Made by a program: the position numbers and the translations under genes
Source: an uncultured Verrucomicrobiae bacterium
GTDB taxonomy: Bacteria > Verrucomicrobiota > Verrucomicrobiia > Chthoniobacterales > JAFAMB01
DNA: 64,000 nucleotides
NCBI GenBank assembly: GCA_963837955.1
Contig: CAWIPH010000002.1
Span: 4,192,001 to 4,256,000 of the forward strand
Reading direction: 5' to 3'
Notes under the pieces: generated by a model
Told to the model about the DNA's origin: nothing
The model's database searches: none
The model's input: only the letters and a program-made list of their open reading frames with translations
In this document: positions 50,086-60,080 of the stretch, piece by piece
Numbering within the stretch: the first letter of the stretch is position 1
How the letters are laid out: each line of letters begins with the position of its first letter

Positions 50086-51470
50086 GGCGACCTCCACTTA
50101 ACCTGCTTCTGAGTGGCTTCAAGCTGTGCGATTATCCGGTCCATCGCGGCACTACGGCTCCCTTTCACCAACAGAAGGTCCCCAGGCTCGAGTAATTCTG
50201 CGAGGGCATCTGCCGCTTCTACTTGATTCGCAACCGTTCGACTCCGATCAAGCCCTGCTTTGAATGAAGCGGACGCGATCGGCTTGGCTTGCTCACCGAC
50301 CGCAATAACAAAATCAAATCCATTTTGGGCGGCCGCCGAACCGACTCGTTCATGACCCGAGAGACTCTGCTCGCCCAGCTCACCCATATAACCCAGTGCG
50401 GCGATCCTTCTTCCTTTCACTGGCAACTTAGCGACGGTCTGGAGTGCCGCGATAACGGAGTCAGGATTTGCGTTATAGGCGTCGTTGATGACCAAAACCT
50501 CTCCCAGCTTCTCGATCCGGAATCGCCCTCCCGGAATGACCGTCTTGGCCAGACCAGCAGCGCATTGGCTCAGTGATAATCCGAGCGCGCGTCCTATCGC
50601 GACCGCCTGTATGGCATTTCTTACCATGTGTTCTCCCGGCACCGGGAGAAACGCCGGCACTTTACTGCTCTCGTCCGATAGAATGAATTCCTCGCCGTCC
50701 ATCCGATGCGACACCGCGCGAGCCTGGACGAGACCCTGCTCGATTCCAGCTGTAACAATTCGAGCGCTGCAACGCGCCGATATCCAGTCGGAAAATTCGT
50801 CTTCTGCGTTAAGGACGACTACGCCGGTGGAGGGAATACTTTCGGCCAGCACCGCTTTCTCTCGCGCAATCGCTTCCCGGGATCCCAAGAATTCAATGTG
50901 GGCAACGCCAATGTTAGTGATAAGTCCGTAGTCCGGTCTCGCGATGTCGACCAAAGCCGCTATCTCGCCAACGTGATTCATTCCAAACTCCCACACGGCC
51001 ACCTGATGGTTGCGTTCCGCACGCAGGATGGTCAAGGGCACGCCAATATGATTGTTCAGGTTCCCCTCTGTCTTCGTCACCGCATACTTTTCGGCAAGAA
51101 CCGCAGCCACCATTTCCTTGGTGCTTGTTTTGCCATTACTTCCGGTGATCCCAACAACTCGAATCGGCAACTCGGCCCGGTAGGCGCGCGCCAGCCGTTG
51201 CAGCGCCTGCAAGCTGTCAGCTACCTCAATCTGAGGGAAGTTGCGCCAGTGCGGACTGACCGTTTCTACCAAGGCAGCAGCGGCACCACCTGCTTGAGCA
51301 GCTGCGATGAATTGGTGCCCATCGAAACGCTCACCTCGTAGCGCGACGAAAAGCTGTTGCGGCACCGAATTACGGCTGTCAGTGCCGACGCTGGTTACGA
51401 TCGTTTCCTCCGGACCCCAAACGACGCCCCCGGTCGCAACCGCAATTTGGCGGAGAGATTTAGGTTCCAT
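50082..51470 (-). CDS. murF: UDP-MurNAc-tripeptide:D-Ala-D-Ala ligase
   Basis: ITGSNGKTSTKE, NNHIGVP, DAYNANP, KGSR. Confidence 0.98.
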   Translation of the reverse strand: MEPKSLRQIAVATGGVVWGPEETIVTSVGTDSRNSVPQQLFVALRGERFDGHQFIAAAQAGGAAAALVETVSPHWRNFPQIEVADSLQALQRLARAYRAELPIRVVGITGSNGKTSTKEMVAAVLAEKYAVTKTEGNLNNHIGVPLTILRAERNHQVAVWEFGMNHVGEIAALVDIARPDYGLITNIGVAHIEFLGSREAIAREKAVLAESIPSTGVVVLNAEDEFSDWISARCSARIVTAGIEQGLVQARAVSHRMDGEEFILSDESSKVPAFLPVPGEHMVRNAIQAVAIGRALGLSLSQCAAGLAKTVIPGGRFRIEKLGEVLVINDAYNANPDSVIAALQTVAKLPVKGRRIAALGYMGELGEQSLSGHERVGSAAAQNGFDFVIAVGEQAKPIASASFKAGLDRSRTVANQVEAADALAELLEPGDLLLVKGSRSAAMDRIIAQLEATQKQVKWRSP

Positions 51471-52950
51471 GGTTCTTCATCTCCACCGGGTTTTCTTCCA
51501 GTGCACGAGCAGCGACTTCAATGTCATCGAACGGAATCGTTCGATCGGCGAACTCCTGATATTTTTCGTGACCCTTGCCGGCAATGAGAACGATATCCCG
51601 TGGCTGAGCAACCTGAATGGCACGCGTAATCGCTTCACGGCGGTCGGCTATCGACTCAAATCGTTTGGTCCGGAATCCGGCCTCGATCTCCCGAATGATC
51701 TGCATTGGATCTTCTTTTCGGGGATTGTCAGAGGTGATGATCGAGTAATCGGCATTTTGATCGGCAACTGCTCCCATCAGTGGTCGTTTGCCTTTGTCCC
51801 GATTTCCGCCGCAACCAAATACGACGATCAATCGGTTGGGATTCAAATCGCGGCAGGTCTTAATTACATTGTATAGAGCGTCATCGGTATGCGCGTAATC
51901 CACGAACACTTGGAATTGACGCTTGGCCTGGACGGCTTCTAGACGACCAGGAACTTGGGGAGCTCGGGCCAGCGCCAGCACCGCAGGACGAACGTCGAGT
52001 CCAAGCGCATGGATGGTCCCAAGCGCAGCCAACGAATTGTAGATATTGAATCGCCCGATCAATGGCAGACGCACTAGGAAGCTTTTTCCTTTTACGTCGA
52101 GCTGATAAGAAGTACCGGTGGCCTCAATCTTGAAGTTGCTGGCCCGAAAATCGGCTCGTGCACCCATCCCGTAAGTGATTATCGACAGGTCTCTCCCAAA
52201 CCGAGCTGCCAGTTGTTGCCCGTACGCATCATCAATATTGATGATGGCCGCCTGATTCTTTCCTTCCCTGCCTTTCAAGCTGGCAAATAGCTTCGCTTTA
52301 GCTTCGAAGTACTCTTTCATTCCGCGATGAAAATCGAGATGGTCTTGCGTGAGGTTGGTAAAGATCCCAACCCGAAAGCTAATTCCATCAACGCGCCCAA
52401 GTTCCAGCGCGTGCGAAGAGACTTCCATGACCACGTTGGAGCACCGAGCATCCACGCATTGTGCAAGGATCGATTGCAGGTCGAGCGACTCCGGCGTGGT
52501 TCGGGAAGCCGGTAAGACTCGCTCCCCGATCTCATACGAAACGGTTCCGATGAGACCGGTGCGTTGTCCCGCTCGTTCCAGTAGATGCTTAATCAGATAG
52601 GTAGTAGTCGTCTTTCCGTTGGTGCCCGTCACTCCGATCATGCGTAACTGCTTGGAGGGATTGGAGTGGAAGCTGGCCGCTAAGCGGGCGAGCGCGTCCC
52701 GCGAATTGGCCACCTGGATATGCGTTACCCGTTGGGTTAAACCCGGCTCCTCGGCCACGATCGCGACGGCGCCGCGCTCGATCGCCTGCTCAATGAAGCT
52801 GTGGCCGTCGAGGAGGTTCCCTCGGATGGCAACAAATAGGCTACCTGGACTCACTTCTCGTGAGTCGTAACATAACGAGGTGATCCGCCGGTCAAGCGAT
52901 CCGGTCACGATCGGATTTGCTAGCTCGCGAACCAGTTGTTCCAATTCCAT
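51460..52950 (-). CDS. murE: UDP-MurNAc-dipeptide:meso-DAP ligase
   Basis: TGTNGKTT, TTPE, EVSSH, DYAHT, DNPR (meso-DAP specificity motif), AGKGHE; ATG at 52950. Confidence 0.98.
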   Translation of the reverse strand: MELEQLVRELANPIVTGSLDRRITSLCYDSREVSPGSLFVAIRGNLLDGHSFIEQAIERGAVAIVAEEPGLTQRVTHIQVANSRDALARLAASFHSNPSKQLRMIGVTGTNGKTTTTYLIKHLLERAGQRTGLIGTVSYEIGERVLPASRTTPESLDLQSILAQCVDARCSNVVMEVSSHALELGRVDGISFRVGIFTNLTQDHLDFHRGMKEYFEAKAKLFASLKGREGKNQAAIINIDDAYGQQLAARFGRDLSIITYGMGARADFRASNFKIEATGTSYQLDVKGKSFLVRLPLIGRFNIYNSLAALGTIHALGLDVRPAVLALARAPQVPGRLEAVQAKRQFQVFVDYAHTDDALYNVIKTCRDLNPNRLIVVFGCGGNRDKGKRPLMGAVADQNADYSIITSDNPRKEDPMQIIREIEAGFRTKRFESIADRREAITRAIQVAQPRDIVLIAGKGHEKYQEFADRTIPFDDIEVAARALEENPVEMKNHGT

Positions 52951-52960
52951 ACCTTTTCGA

Positions 52961-54751
52961 TTAATCATGACTAGGGAATGTGGAAACAACTTTTTTATTT
53001 TCGGTGCCGGAACCTGGCGGATTGATCGGTTCCGTTGGACGCAAATCGAGATAGTCAGCTACCCGCTTGGCGATTTTCGAAAAGACCGGAGCAGCTACCG
53101 TCCCGCCGAACGCTGCGCCCTGTTTCATAACGGGATCATCCAGCAAAACCAAAAGCGCAAATTTGGGGTCATCCGCCGGCATGAAACCAACGAAGGATAC
53201 GACGTACTTACCTTCCAGATAACCGCCCCTCGGGTCGATCTTTTGCGCCGTACCTGTTTTCCCCGCGACTGCAAAGCCCGGAACAGCGGCTGCCGGAGCG
53301 GTACCTTCTTTGCTGACAACGTCTTTCAAAGCTGCCACTACTTTTTTCGCGGTAGTTATTGAAATCACGCGACGAACCACCTCAGGCGAGTAGTTGGCAA
53401 CCGTGCGACCGTCGGAATCGACGATCTGGGAAACAATCATCGGCTTTAGTAGATTACCACCATTCGCTATCACCGACATGGCGCTTACTAATTGCAGCGG
53501 AGTGACCGCAACAGACTGACCCATCGGGATGCGGGTGATGTCGAGCTTGCTCCAACGATAGGGAGGGTTCACTAGGCCAGGAATCTCTCCGGGCAGAGAA
53601 ATCCCAGTGCGCTCGCCGAATCCATAAAGCCGAATGTATTGATAAAATCGGGTCTCACCGAGTTGCAGCGCTAATTTGGCAGCGCCGATGTTGCTCGATT
53701 TAGAGAGAATCTGATGAACAGTTAAAATGCCCATCGGATGTGCATCTCGGAGGATTCGCCCCGCATACAAAAAATGTCCATTCTCACAAAATATCGTCGT
53801 CTCTGGGCTAACCAGCTTCTCTTCCAGGGCCGCAGAGGTAGCAACAATTTTAAACGTTGAGCCCGGCTCGATCATATCAACAATCGGGCGGTTCTTTTGT
53901 GCATCGTCGGCCGCTTCTCTGACGTTGTTGCAGTCGAAGTTCGGCCGGCTCGCGATCGCGAGAACTTCGCCGGTCTGCGGTCGAATCATGATCGCCGTCG
54001 CCATTTTTGGTGTGTACTCGGACCAGGCGGCGTCCAACTCTTGCTCAACGATTGTTTGCAGTCCCAGATCGACTGTCAGGACTACATCGCAGCCATTCTT
54101 TGCCGCTTTTTCCTGGCCACGGTATTGGACAAGTTCTCGCCCAGTGCGGTCTTCCTCGGTATAGCGATAGCCATCGCTCCCCTGGAGAAACTCCTGCATC
54201 GCCATTTCGATTCCGAGTATCCCTTTATGGTCATGATCAAGGAATCCGACCACCTGAGCCAAAAGCGGTCCATTCGGATACACCCTGACGAAATCAGGAT
54301 CGAAGTAGACCCCTCGCAACTTCCCTTTGCTGTCGCTGATGATCTTGCGAACTCGATCGGCGGTCTCTTCCGGGACCTCCTTCTTCTTCAGGATGACGTA
54401 CTCTTTCTTGTTTTGCTTTGCGGCAGTCAGCTTGTCCGCAAGGTCGCTCTGATCCATTTCCAGCTCAGCAGCGATTGCCTGCGCCAAAGCAAGTGGGTCC
54501 CTAATGTGCGAACCATCGGCGATCGCAACTCGGACCGGTAGGTTATCGGCGAGCGGTTCCCGGTGACAATCTCGAATGATGCCTCGCCGGGCATGGATGA
54601 TTTGTTTGTGGACATGTTTTTCGGCGGCCAGCGCCGTGTAATCGTCATGCTTGATGACTTGCAGATAGATCAGTCGGTAGGAGTAGACGCTGAAAATAGC
54701 GACCAACCCAAAACACACGGCGACAGCTCGTGTTTGCGCATCCCACCTCAT
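52961..54751 (-). CDS. ftsI: Penicillin-binding protein 3 (FtsI)
   Basis: RGIIRD, EPGSTFK, SSN, KTGTAQK; dcw position. Confidence 0.95.
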   Translation of the reverse strand: MRWDAQTRAVAVCFGLVAIFSVYSYRLIYLQVIKHDDYTALAAEKHVHKQIIHARRGIIRDCHREPLADNLPVRVAIADGSHIRDPLALAQAIAAELEMDQSDLADKLTAAKQNKKEYVILKKKEVPEETADRVRKIISDSKGKLRGVYFDPDFVRVYPNGPLLAQVVGFLDHDHKGILGIEMAMQEFLQGSDGYRYTEEDRTGRELVQYRGQEKAAKNGCDVVLTVDLGLQTIVEQELDAAWSEYTPKMATAIMIRPQTGEVLAIASRPNFDCNNVREAADDAQKNRPIVDMIEPGSTFKIVATSAALEEKLVSPETTIFCENGHFLYAGRILRDAHPMGILTVHQILSKSSNIGAAKLALQLGETRFYQYIRLYGFGERTGISLPGEIPGLVNPPYRWSKLDITRIPMGQSVAVTPLQLVSAMSVIANGGNLLKPMIVSQIVDSDGRTVANYSPEVVRRVISITTAKKVVAALKDVVSKEGTAPAAAVPGFAVAGKTGTAQKIDPRGGYLEGKYVVSFVGFMPADDPKFALLVLLDDPVMKQGAAFGGTVAAPVFSKIAKRVADYLDLRPTEPINPPGSGTENKKVVSTFPSHD

Positions 54752-55110
54752 TGGTTAGTGGCACGGTTGGAAACGATTCTCAGTTCGTCTCCAACCGCGC
54801 GGCGCTCTTGGTTAAGGCGAACAACCTGATCGGTAGTAATCGGGACTAGTCCCCGAGAATCTTTCGCCAAGCTCTTCATGAGTTCACGCCGAGAACTGAG
54901 AGAGCCCAAAGTCGATTCGATGATTTGATTGTCTCGCTGGAGATCGGTCAGCTTTTTCTCCAAAACGATCTGCTCGTTGCCGAGTTCCGTTAACTGGTTC
55001 TTCAAGTAGACGTAGGAGAGACCAGCAATGGCAGCAAACGCCATCGCCACAATCACTTTGCAAATGGATGAGGCGCGGATCGAATAAGTCTTTTTCTGAG
55101 TGCGGTTCAT
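54748..55110 (-). CDS. ftsL: FtsL-like cell division protein
   Basis: TM + leucine-zipper coiled coil, between rsmH and ftsI. Confidence 0.75.
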   Translation of the reverse strand: MNRTQKKTYSIRASSICKVIVAMAFAAIAGLSYVYLKNQLTELGNEQIVLEKKLTDLQRDNQIIESTLGSLSSRRELMKSLAKDSRGLVPITTDQVVRLNQERRAVGDELRIVSNRATNQ

Positions 55111-56078
55111 AGGAGGTTCCGTTCGATTACTCTTAGTTTGGCGCTTCTGGATCGTGGATTGCCGGCAAGTTCCTGTTCACCCGGTTCAACTGGACGTGAC
55201 GTAATTAATCTGAAGCCAAAGCTTGGGTTGGGTTTCGGTTCTGACCATTCCGGGCGGTCCACCCACTCCTGAGTGACCTTCCGGAAGAATTGTTTTACCA
55301 ATCGGTCTTCCAAGGAGTGGAAACTGATGACCGCGAATCTCCCCCCCGGTTTGACCTGCTCGGCCAGCAAAGGGAGGGCGCGCTCGATTGTCCCGAGTTC
55401 GTCGTTCACTGCGATCCGGAGCGCCTGGAAGATGCGAGTGGCCGGATGTCGCGGTCCGCGTCGCGGCAATACCGCTTCGACGGCTCGCGCAAGTTCGGCC
55501 GTTGTGGAGAAGGGATGGGAGACTCGGGTTCGGACGATCTCCGCCGCAACCCTTCGGGCAGCCGGCTCTTCTCCATAGTCTCGAAAGATTCGGATCAGTT
55601 CTGCCTCGGGTGCATAATTTACTAAATCGGATGCCTTCCTGGGCACGCTGGGACCCATTCTCATGTCGAGCGGACCGGACTGTTGGAAACTGAACCCTCG
55701 CTGCGGCGTATTGAGTTGATGAGAGGAGATCCCGAGATCGATCAGTACTCCATCGAACCCAGATATACCCATCTCGGTGAGATAGCGTGTACTTTCCGCG
55801 AAGTTGCTCCGAATCAGGGTGAGACGGGACCCGAAATCCGCCAGCAGCGACATGCTTTCCGAAATCGCGTCTGGATCCTGGTCTACTCCGATTACTTCCG
55901 CTCCAGCCTCAAGAAAGGCCCGCGTATGACCACCGCCGCCGATCGTCCCATCGAGGAAAATCTTACCTCGTCCTGGACGCAAATAGTTCAAGACCTCCGC
56001 CAGTAACACCGGTCGGTGGTACTGCTGGTAACTTTGATCTTCGTCAGCCATCTCTGCTTCGTTCGACAAAGCGATCAT
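55107..56078 (-). CDS. rsmH: 16S rRNA m4C1402 methyltransferase
   Basis: HRPVLL, DGTIGGGGH, DLGISSHQL, LDMRM, FQALRIAVNDEL, SFHSLED, NPRSRSAKLR. Confidence 0.98.
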   Translation of the reverse strand: MIALSNEAEMADEDQSYQQYHRPVLLAEVLNYLRPGRGKIFLDGTIGGGGHTRAFLEAGAEVIGVDQDPDAISESMSLLADFGSRLTLIRSNFAESTRYLTEMGISGFDGVLIDLGISSHQLNTPQRGFSFQQSGPLDMRMGPSVPRKASDLVNYAPEAELIRIFRDYGEEPAARRVAAEIVRTRVSHPFSTTAELARAVEAVLPRRGPRHPATRIFQALRIAVNDELGTIERALPLLAEQVKPGGRFAVISFHSLEDRLVKQFFRKVTQEWVDRPEWSEPKPNPSFGFRLITSRPVEPGEQELAGNPRSRSAKLRVIERNLL

Positions 56079-56138
56079 CTTTTCCTTTTTGCTCGGTGAA
56101 TTGAAAATTGGTTTGATGCGCCGATTCGGTTCACCCCG

Positions 56139-56594
56139 CTACACACCCATCATCCCTAGGACGTGCTGGAAGGTCGGCGTCTCTTCGTCGAAGGTTTTCT
56201 TCCAGGTATCCGGATTCCATACTTCAAAGCGCGAATGGCCTCCGACTAAAACTACCTCTTGCTTCAGTTTGAGTTGGCGACAGTGCTCCTCGGGGAGGAC
56301 AAGACGGCCCTGTTTATCAGTGGTGAGGTGCTGGGCACGGGAATAAAATTGGCGAATAAACCGCCGTTTCTCTTGCGCGTGCAGTCTTGGGTCGGACTCA
56401 ACGCGTACTGCCACCTCCTGCATTACCTCAGGAGGCATCATCATCAAAAAGCCGTTCTCGTGGTCAGGTATAGCAAAGAACTCGTCCACCTCGCCACGGC
56501 GCCAACGCGCAGGAATGGTAACGCGATTTTTCGCGTCCATCGCGTGCCGGAATTCGCCGGCAAAAATTGGCAAGCCTTGCTGAGGTGTTTCCAT
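56139..56594 (-). CDS. mraZ: Transcriptional regulator MraZ
   Basis: Two AbrB-like repeats DAKNRVTIP and DKQGRLVLP. Confidence 0.96.
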   Translation of the reverse strand: METPQQGLPIFAGEFRHAMDAKNRVTIPARWRRGEVDEFFAIPDHENGFLMMMPPEVMQEVAVRVESDPRLHAQEKRRFIRQFYSRAQHLTTDKQGRLVLPEEHCRQLKLKQEVVLVGGHSRFEVWNPDTWKKTFDEETPTFQHVLGMMGV

Positions 56595-56614
56595 GGGAAA
56601 TCATGGTTAGAAAA

Positions 56615-56659
56615 ACCATTTTAAACCACAATGCCCCACTTCTACCCACTTCTCACCAA
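56615..56659 (-). promoter_or_regulatory. MraZ-binding (dcw) box: five TGG repeats at 10-bp spacing
   Basis: CCA at 56616, 56626, 56636, 56646, 56656 on + strand (minus strand TTGGT, GTGGG, GTGGG, GTGGT, ATGGT), just upstream of mraZ. Confidence 0.85.
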
Positions 56660-56707
56660 CTTGGTCAATCAAATTCGAGTAATAGTCTCTGTTTTTACTT
56701 GCCTCTT

Positions 56708-57061
56708 TTGGCCAACTCTGTTCCACAGCGCCAAAATGCAGTTTCCGGATCAGGAAGCGAGGAGCCGTATACGGAAATCGTCGCCGGGTTCGTTCAGCTA
56801 TGGCGACGCCTACCGGGATACGCGGTAACAGCCCCGGAGTCGCGGATCCTGCGAGCTTGCCACCCTGCCTTTAACGAATTGAACCTGCGGTCGTCTCCGG
56901 CGTTTTTGCGCGATTCGGCTCAGAGGTTTCTTGCCAGACTGGCCACTTCGCGCCAGCTTCTCAGACTAGATGTCAACGAGGTGCTCTACGGATCCGGGAT
57001 GCGGCCGCGCCGAAGACCGCGCTCGAAACAGGTCGAATCCCTCTCATCGAAGCCAAAATAA
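56708..57061 (+). CDS. Possible hypothetical protein
   Basis: Fills the otherwise empty mraZ-divergent gap; helical-looking sequence; TTG start at 56708 assumed. Confidence 0.4.
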   Translation: MANSVPQRQNAVSGSGSEEPYTEIVAGFVQLWRRLPGYAVTAPESRILRACHPAFNELNLRSSPAFLRDSAQRFLARLATSRQLLRLDVNEVLYGSGMRPRRRPRSKQVESLSSKPK

Positions 57062-57143
57062 CCGATTTTTGACAGGTAATTTGCTAAAAATCGGCTGAAA
57101 TCCGCTCGTGTTCGGACTGTTTTATGCTATACTAGCCGTCCCT

Positions 57144-57464
57144 ATGGCTATTCAGAAGAAAAACGCCTTTTCCCGTCGTCTGCCAGACCTCGTCACGGAA
57201 GAACTAGTAACTGTACTTTCTCAAAAAAAGTCTTTCGAGTTCAAGCAGCTATTCGCAATCGTTCACGAAAATTTACGCCAGAGGAATGCTGCGAGTGGAG
57301 GTGAGGAGATGCTTCGGCTGCGGGCGTACGAGAAGTTACAAAATCTGGTAGCCCGTGGTGTCGTGAAAAAGACCGGCAAGATTTATAAGGGAGATTCGGG
57401 TGCGCTAGCTGCTATGACAGCGGCGAATGCCGCCCAGGCTGCGGCTATCGCGTCGAAACCTTAA
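57144..57464 (+). CDS. Small basic hypothetical protein, possible winged helix
   Basis: ATG at 57144 preceded by extended -10 TGCTATACT (57125-57133); Lys/Arg-rich with Ala-rich tail. Confidence 0.75.
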   Translation: MAIQKKNAFSRRLPDLVTEELVTVLSQKKSFEFKQLFAIVHENLRQRNAASGGEEMLRLRAYEKLQNLVARGVVKKTGKIYKGDSGALAAMTAANAAQAAAIASKP

Positions 57465-57472
57465 CGCGTTGT

Positions 57473-57850
57473 ATGACGCAAGACTATCTTCCGGTCCTGC
57501 TCCAGGTCATCGTTGCAATCGGTTTCGCTGGAGTAGCGCTGCTGATGAGCGTGGTCCTTGGCCGGGTCGGAAGACGAAATCCAGTAAAGGACACACCGTA
57601 CGAATGTGGAATGGTGGCCCAGGGAGAGGCTCAACCGCGATTTAGCGTCAAATTCTACCTCGTCGCGATGCTCTTTATCCTCTTCGATATCGAGATCGTG
57701 TTCATGTACCCATGGGCGGTCGTATATCGGGATTTCATTGCGCAATACGGGGCTCTGCCCATTCTTGGAAGCATGGTTGGCTTCATCGGGATCTTGATGG
57801 TTGGATTTGTCTACGCCGTCAAGAAAGGGGCCCTGGAGTGGAAGCGTTAA
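57473..57850 (+). CDS. nuoA: NADH-quinone oxidoreductase subunit A
   Basis: PYECG, FSVKFYLVAMLFILFDIE, YPWA, KKGALEW. Confidence 0.97.
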   Translation: MTQDYLPVLLQVIVAIGFAGVALLMSVVLGRVGRRNPVKDTPYECGMVAQGEAQPRFSVKFYLVAMLFILFDIEIVFMYPWAVVYRDFIAQYGALPILGSMVGFIGILMVGFVYAVKKGALEWKR

Positions 57851-57996
57851 AGGCTCATCCTAGCGGCGGTTAAACTCCGCAACGCGCCGCCCGGCAACCA
57901 AAATCGTTTTCGTCATCGTCCTCGATCTATGCCATCGAGGACGAGCACGAAGACAAAAGCGTCTCACCGGAATTCCCCCAATCCAGACCCGCCCAA

Positions 57997-58281
57997 ATGA
58001 AATCGTTAACGGCCAAACGCGCCATTTTCGAGGGTCGGGTGCAAGGGGTCGGTTTCCGCTTTTCGGTAAAGGAAATTGCTCAGGGGTTTGATGTGGTAGG
58101 TTGGGTAGCGAACCTTCCAGATGGCAGGGTTCAGCTGGAGGTCCAAGGCGCCGCAGAGGAAGTCGAGCAGTTCTTAGAAGCAATCCTCCAGAGCTACCTC
58201 CGCTCCCATATTCATCGCCAGTCGATCCAAGTCACCGATCCGGTTGAATCGCTGCGCGGGTTCGAAATCCGACGATTGTGA
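57997..58281 (+). CDS. acyP: Acylphosphatase
   Basis: GRVQGVGFR, GWVANLPDGRV. Confidence 0.95.
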   Translation: MKSLTAKRAIFEGRVQGVGFRFSVKEIAQGFDVVGWVANLPDGRVQLEVQGAAEEVEQFLEAILQSYLRSHIHRQSIQVTDPVESLRGFEIRRL

Positions 58282-58366
58282 TTTTTCCGCACCGAGGTTT
58301 TGAGTCGATGCGTCTGTTCGCAATCTTCTAGACGGCCCGAAAATTCGGTCTCATATTCAGCGGGAA

Positions 58367-59089
58367 ATGCGGTTTGCGATCTTCGGCGATATTCACGCTA
58401 ACCTCGAGGCGTTTGAGGCCGTGCTCGCGGATGCAAAGGAAGAGGGATGCGACCGTAACATCTGTCTCGGCGACATTGTGGGCTACAATGCCGATCCCAA
58501 AGCTTGCCTCGACAAGGTCAGAGAATTGAATTGCCCAATCGTAAAAGGCAATCACGACGATTACGCATCTACTTTGAATCCCCTGGACAACTTCAACCCT
58601 CTAGCCGAATCCGCGATTCGCTGGACGCGCGACAAACTCAGCGAAGAGGACAAGACCTTTTTGCGTGATTTGCCCTTAGTCCACGAAGTGGAGTCTTTTA
58701 CCATAGTGCATGCTACGCTCGATGGGCCAGGCGAATGGGGGTACGTCCTCAATCAGCTGGACGCAGCCGCAAGTTTTTCGAAACAGAAGTCGCAAGTGTG
58801 CTTTTTTGGCCACACCCATGCTCCCCGCCTTTACATCCGCGACGGTTCCGTGATTGGGCTTTCGTTCGACGAAGTAGACATCGAACCGTATAGGAAATAT
58901 TTCATCAATGTGGGAAGCGTTGGGCAGCCCCGGGACGGAGATTGGCGCGCCGCTTATGCCATCTACGATTTCGAGGAACAGAGAGTGCGGTTGCGCCGGG
59001 TCCGATACGATATTGCTTCGACCAGATCGAAAATCGTCAATGCTGGTTTGCCCTCGAAGTTGGCCGAGCGCTTGTTCCATGGCCGATGA
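58367..59089 (+). CDS. Calcineurin-like metallophosphoesterase
   Basis: DIHAN, GDIVGY, GNHD, GHTH, NVGSVGQPRDG. Confidence 0.95.
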   Translation: MRFAIFGDIHANLEAFEAVLADAKEEGCDRNICLGDIVGYNADPKACLDKVRELNCPIVKGNHDDYASTLNPLDNFNPLAESAIRWTRDKLSEEDKTFLRDLPLVHEVESFTIVHATLDGPGEWGYVLNQLDAAASFSKQKSQVCFFGHTHAPRLYIRDGSVIGLSFDEVDIEPYRKYFINVGSVGQPRDGDWRAAYAIYDFEEQRVRLRRVRYDIASTRSKIVNAGLPSKLAERLFHGR

Positions 59090-60060
59090 GGGCGAACACG
59101 GTTTTTCTGATCAAGCCAAGCTCGCTCGGTGACATCGTCCATACGCTTCCGTCGCTCCACGCGCTGCGACAGAGCTTTCCGCACAGCCGATTCCATTGGA
59201 TAGTTAACAGTGAGTGGAGTCCTCTGTTGCTGGGCAATCCTGACTTGGCCGAAGTCATCCCTTTTCCGCGCCAAAGTTTCCGCGGGCTCGCTGGAGTGCC
59301 CAAGTTTTTGAAATGGTGTCAACAGTTGGGGCGGTACCAGCCAGATTTAGTCCTGGATTTCCAGGGGCTTTTACGTAGCGCTTGGATGGCTCGAAGCACA
59401 CGCGGGAAGACCTTATTGGGACTATCTGACGCCCGAGAAGGCGCACGCTATTTTTACCAACAGACCGCTCGAGTTAACGCCAAACAACATTCGGTTGAAC
59501 GCTATCTAACACTCGCTTCTCTGGCGGGCGCCACCATTCCAGAAACGCCCCATTTTGAATTGCCGGCCGGCCGGCCGATACCCGAGTTTGAGTTGCCAAG
59601 CCGTTTCGTTGTGTTGCATCCGTTCGCGCGCGGGGCCAACAAATCGCTTTCGTCCTCTGAGATCTATGAACTGACTCGCGCTCTCGCCCCGCTCGCAGTG
59701 ATCATTGTCGGAAGGTCCGAAACGGATTTTCGATTCGCACTGAATGCAGCTTCTCTGGTCAACCATACCGATCTCCTTCAGCTCATCTGGCTCTTGCGCC
59801 GAGCTCGCTTCGTGATCAGCGTTGATAGCGGCCCGATGCACCTGGCGGCTGCGCTTTCCTCAAGGCTTTTATCTATCCATTTTTGGAGCGATCCAAAACA
59901 GGTCGGTCCGTATCCCAAAGATGCGTGGATCTGGCAAAATAACCGCATCTGCCAGGTCCGGGAACTGAACGACCAAGCTCTAAAAACAGCCCACTCTGCC
60001 CGGCCGCATCCCATCCAGATTGCAGCCTTCGTGCAAGAACAACTATTGCAAACGCGGTGA
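59086..60060 (+). CDS. GT9 LPS heptosyltransferase-like (WaaC-like)
   Basis: KPSSLGDIVH, DFQGLLRS, DSGPMHLAAA; ATG at 59086 overlapping the upstream stop. Confidence 0.9.
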   Translation: MRANTVFLIKPSSLGDIVHTLPSLHALRQSFPHSRFHWIVNSEWSPLLLGNPDLAEVIPFPRQSFRGLAGVPKFLKWCQQLGRYQPDLVLDFQGLLRSAWMARSTRGKTLLGLSDAREGARYFYQQTARVNAKQHSVERYLTLASLAGATIPETPHFELPAGRPIPEFELPSRFVVLHPFARGANKSLSSSEIYELTRALAPLAVIIVGRSETDFRFALNAASLVNHTDLLQLIWLLRRARFVISVDSGPMHLAAALSSRLLSIHFWSDPKQVGPYPKDAWIWQNNRICQVRELNDQALKTAHSARPHPIQIAAFVQEQLLQTR

Positions 60061-60080
60061 GCTGCCCGTAAGGAGAAAAT

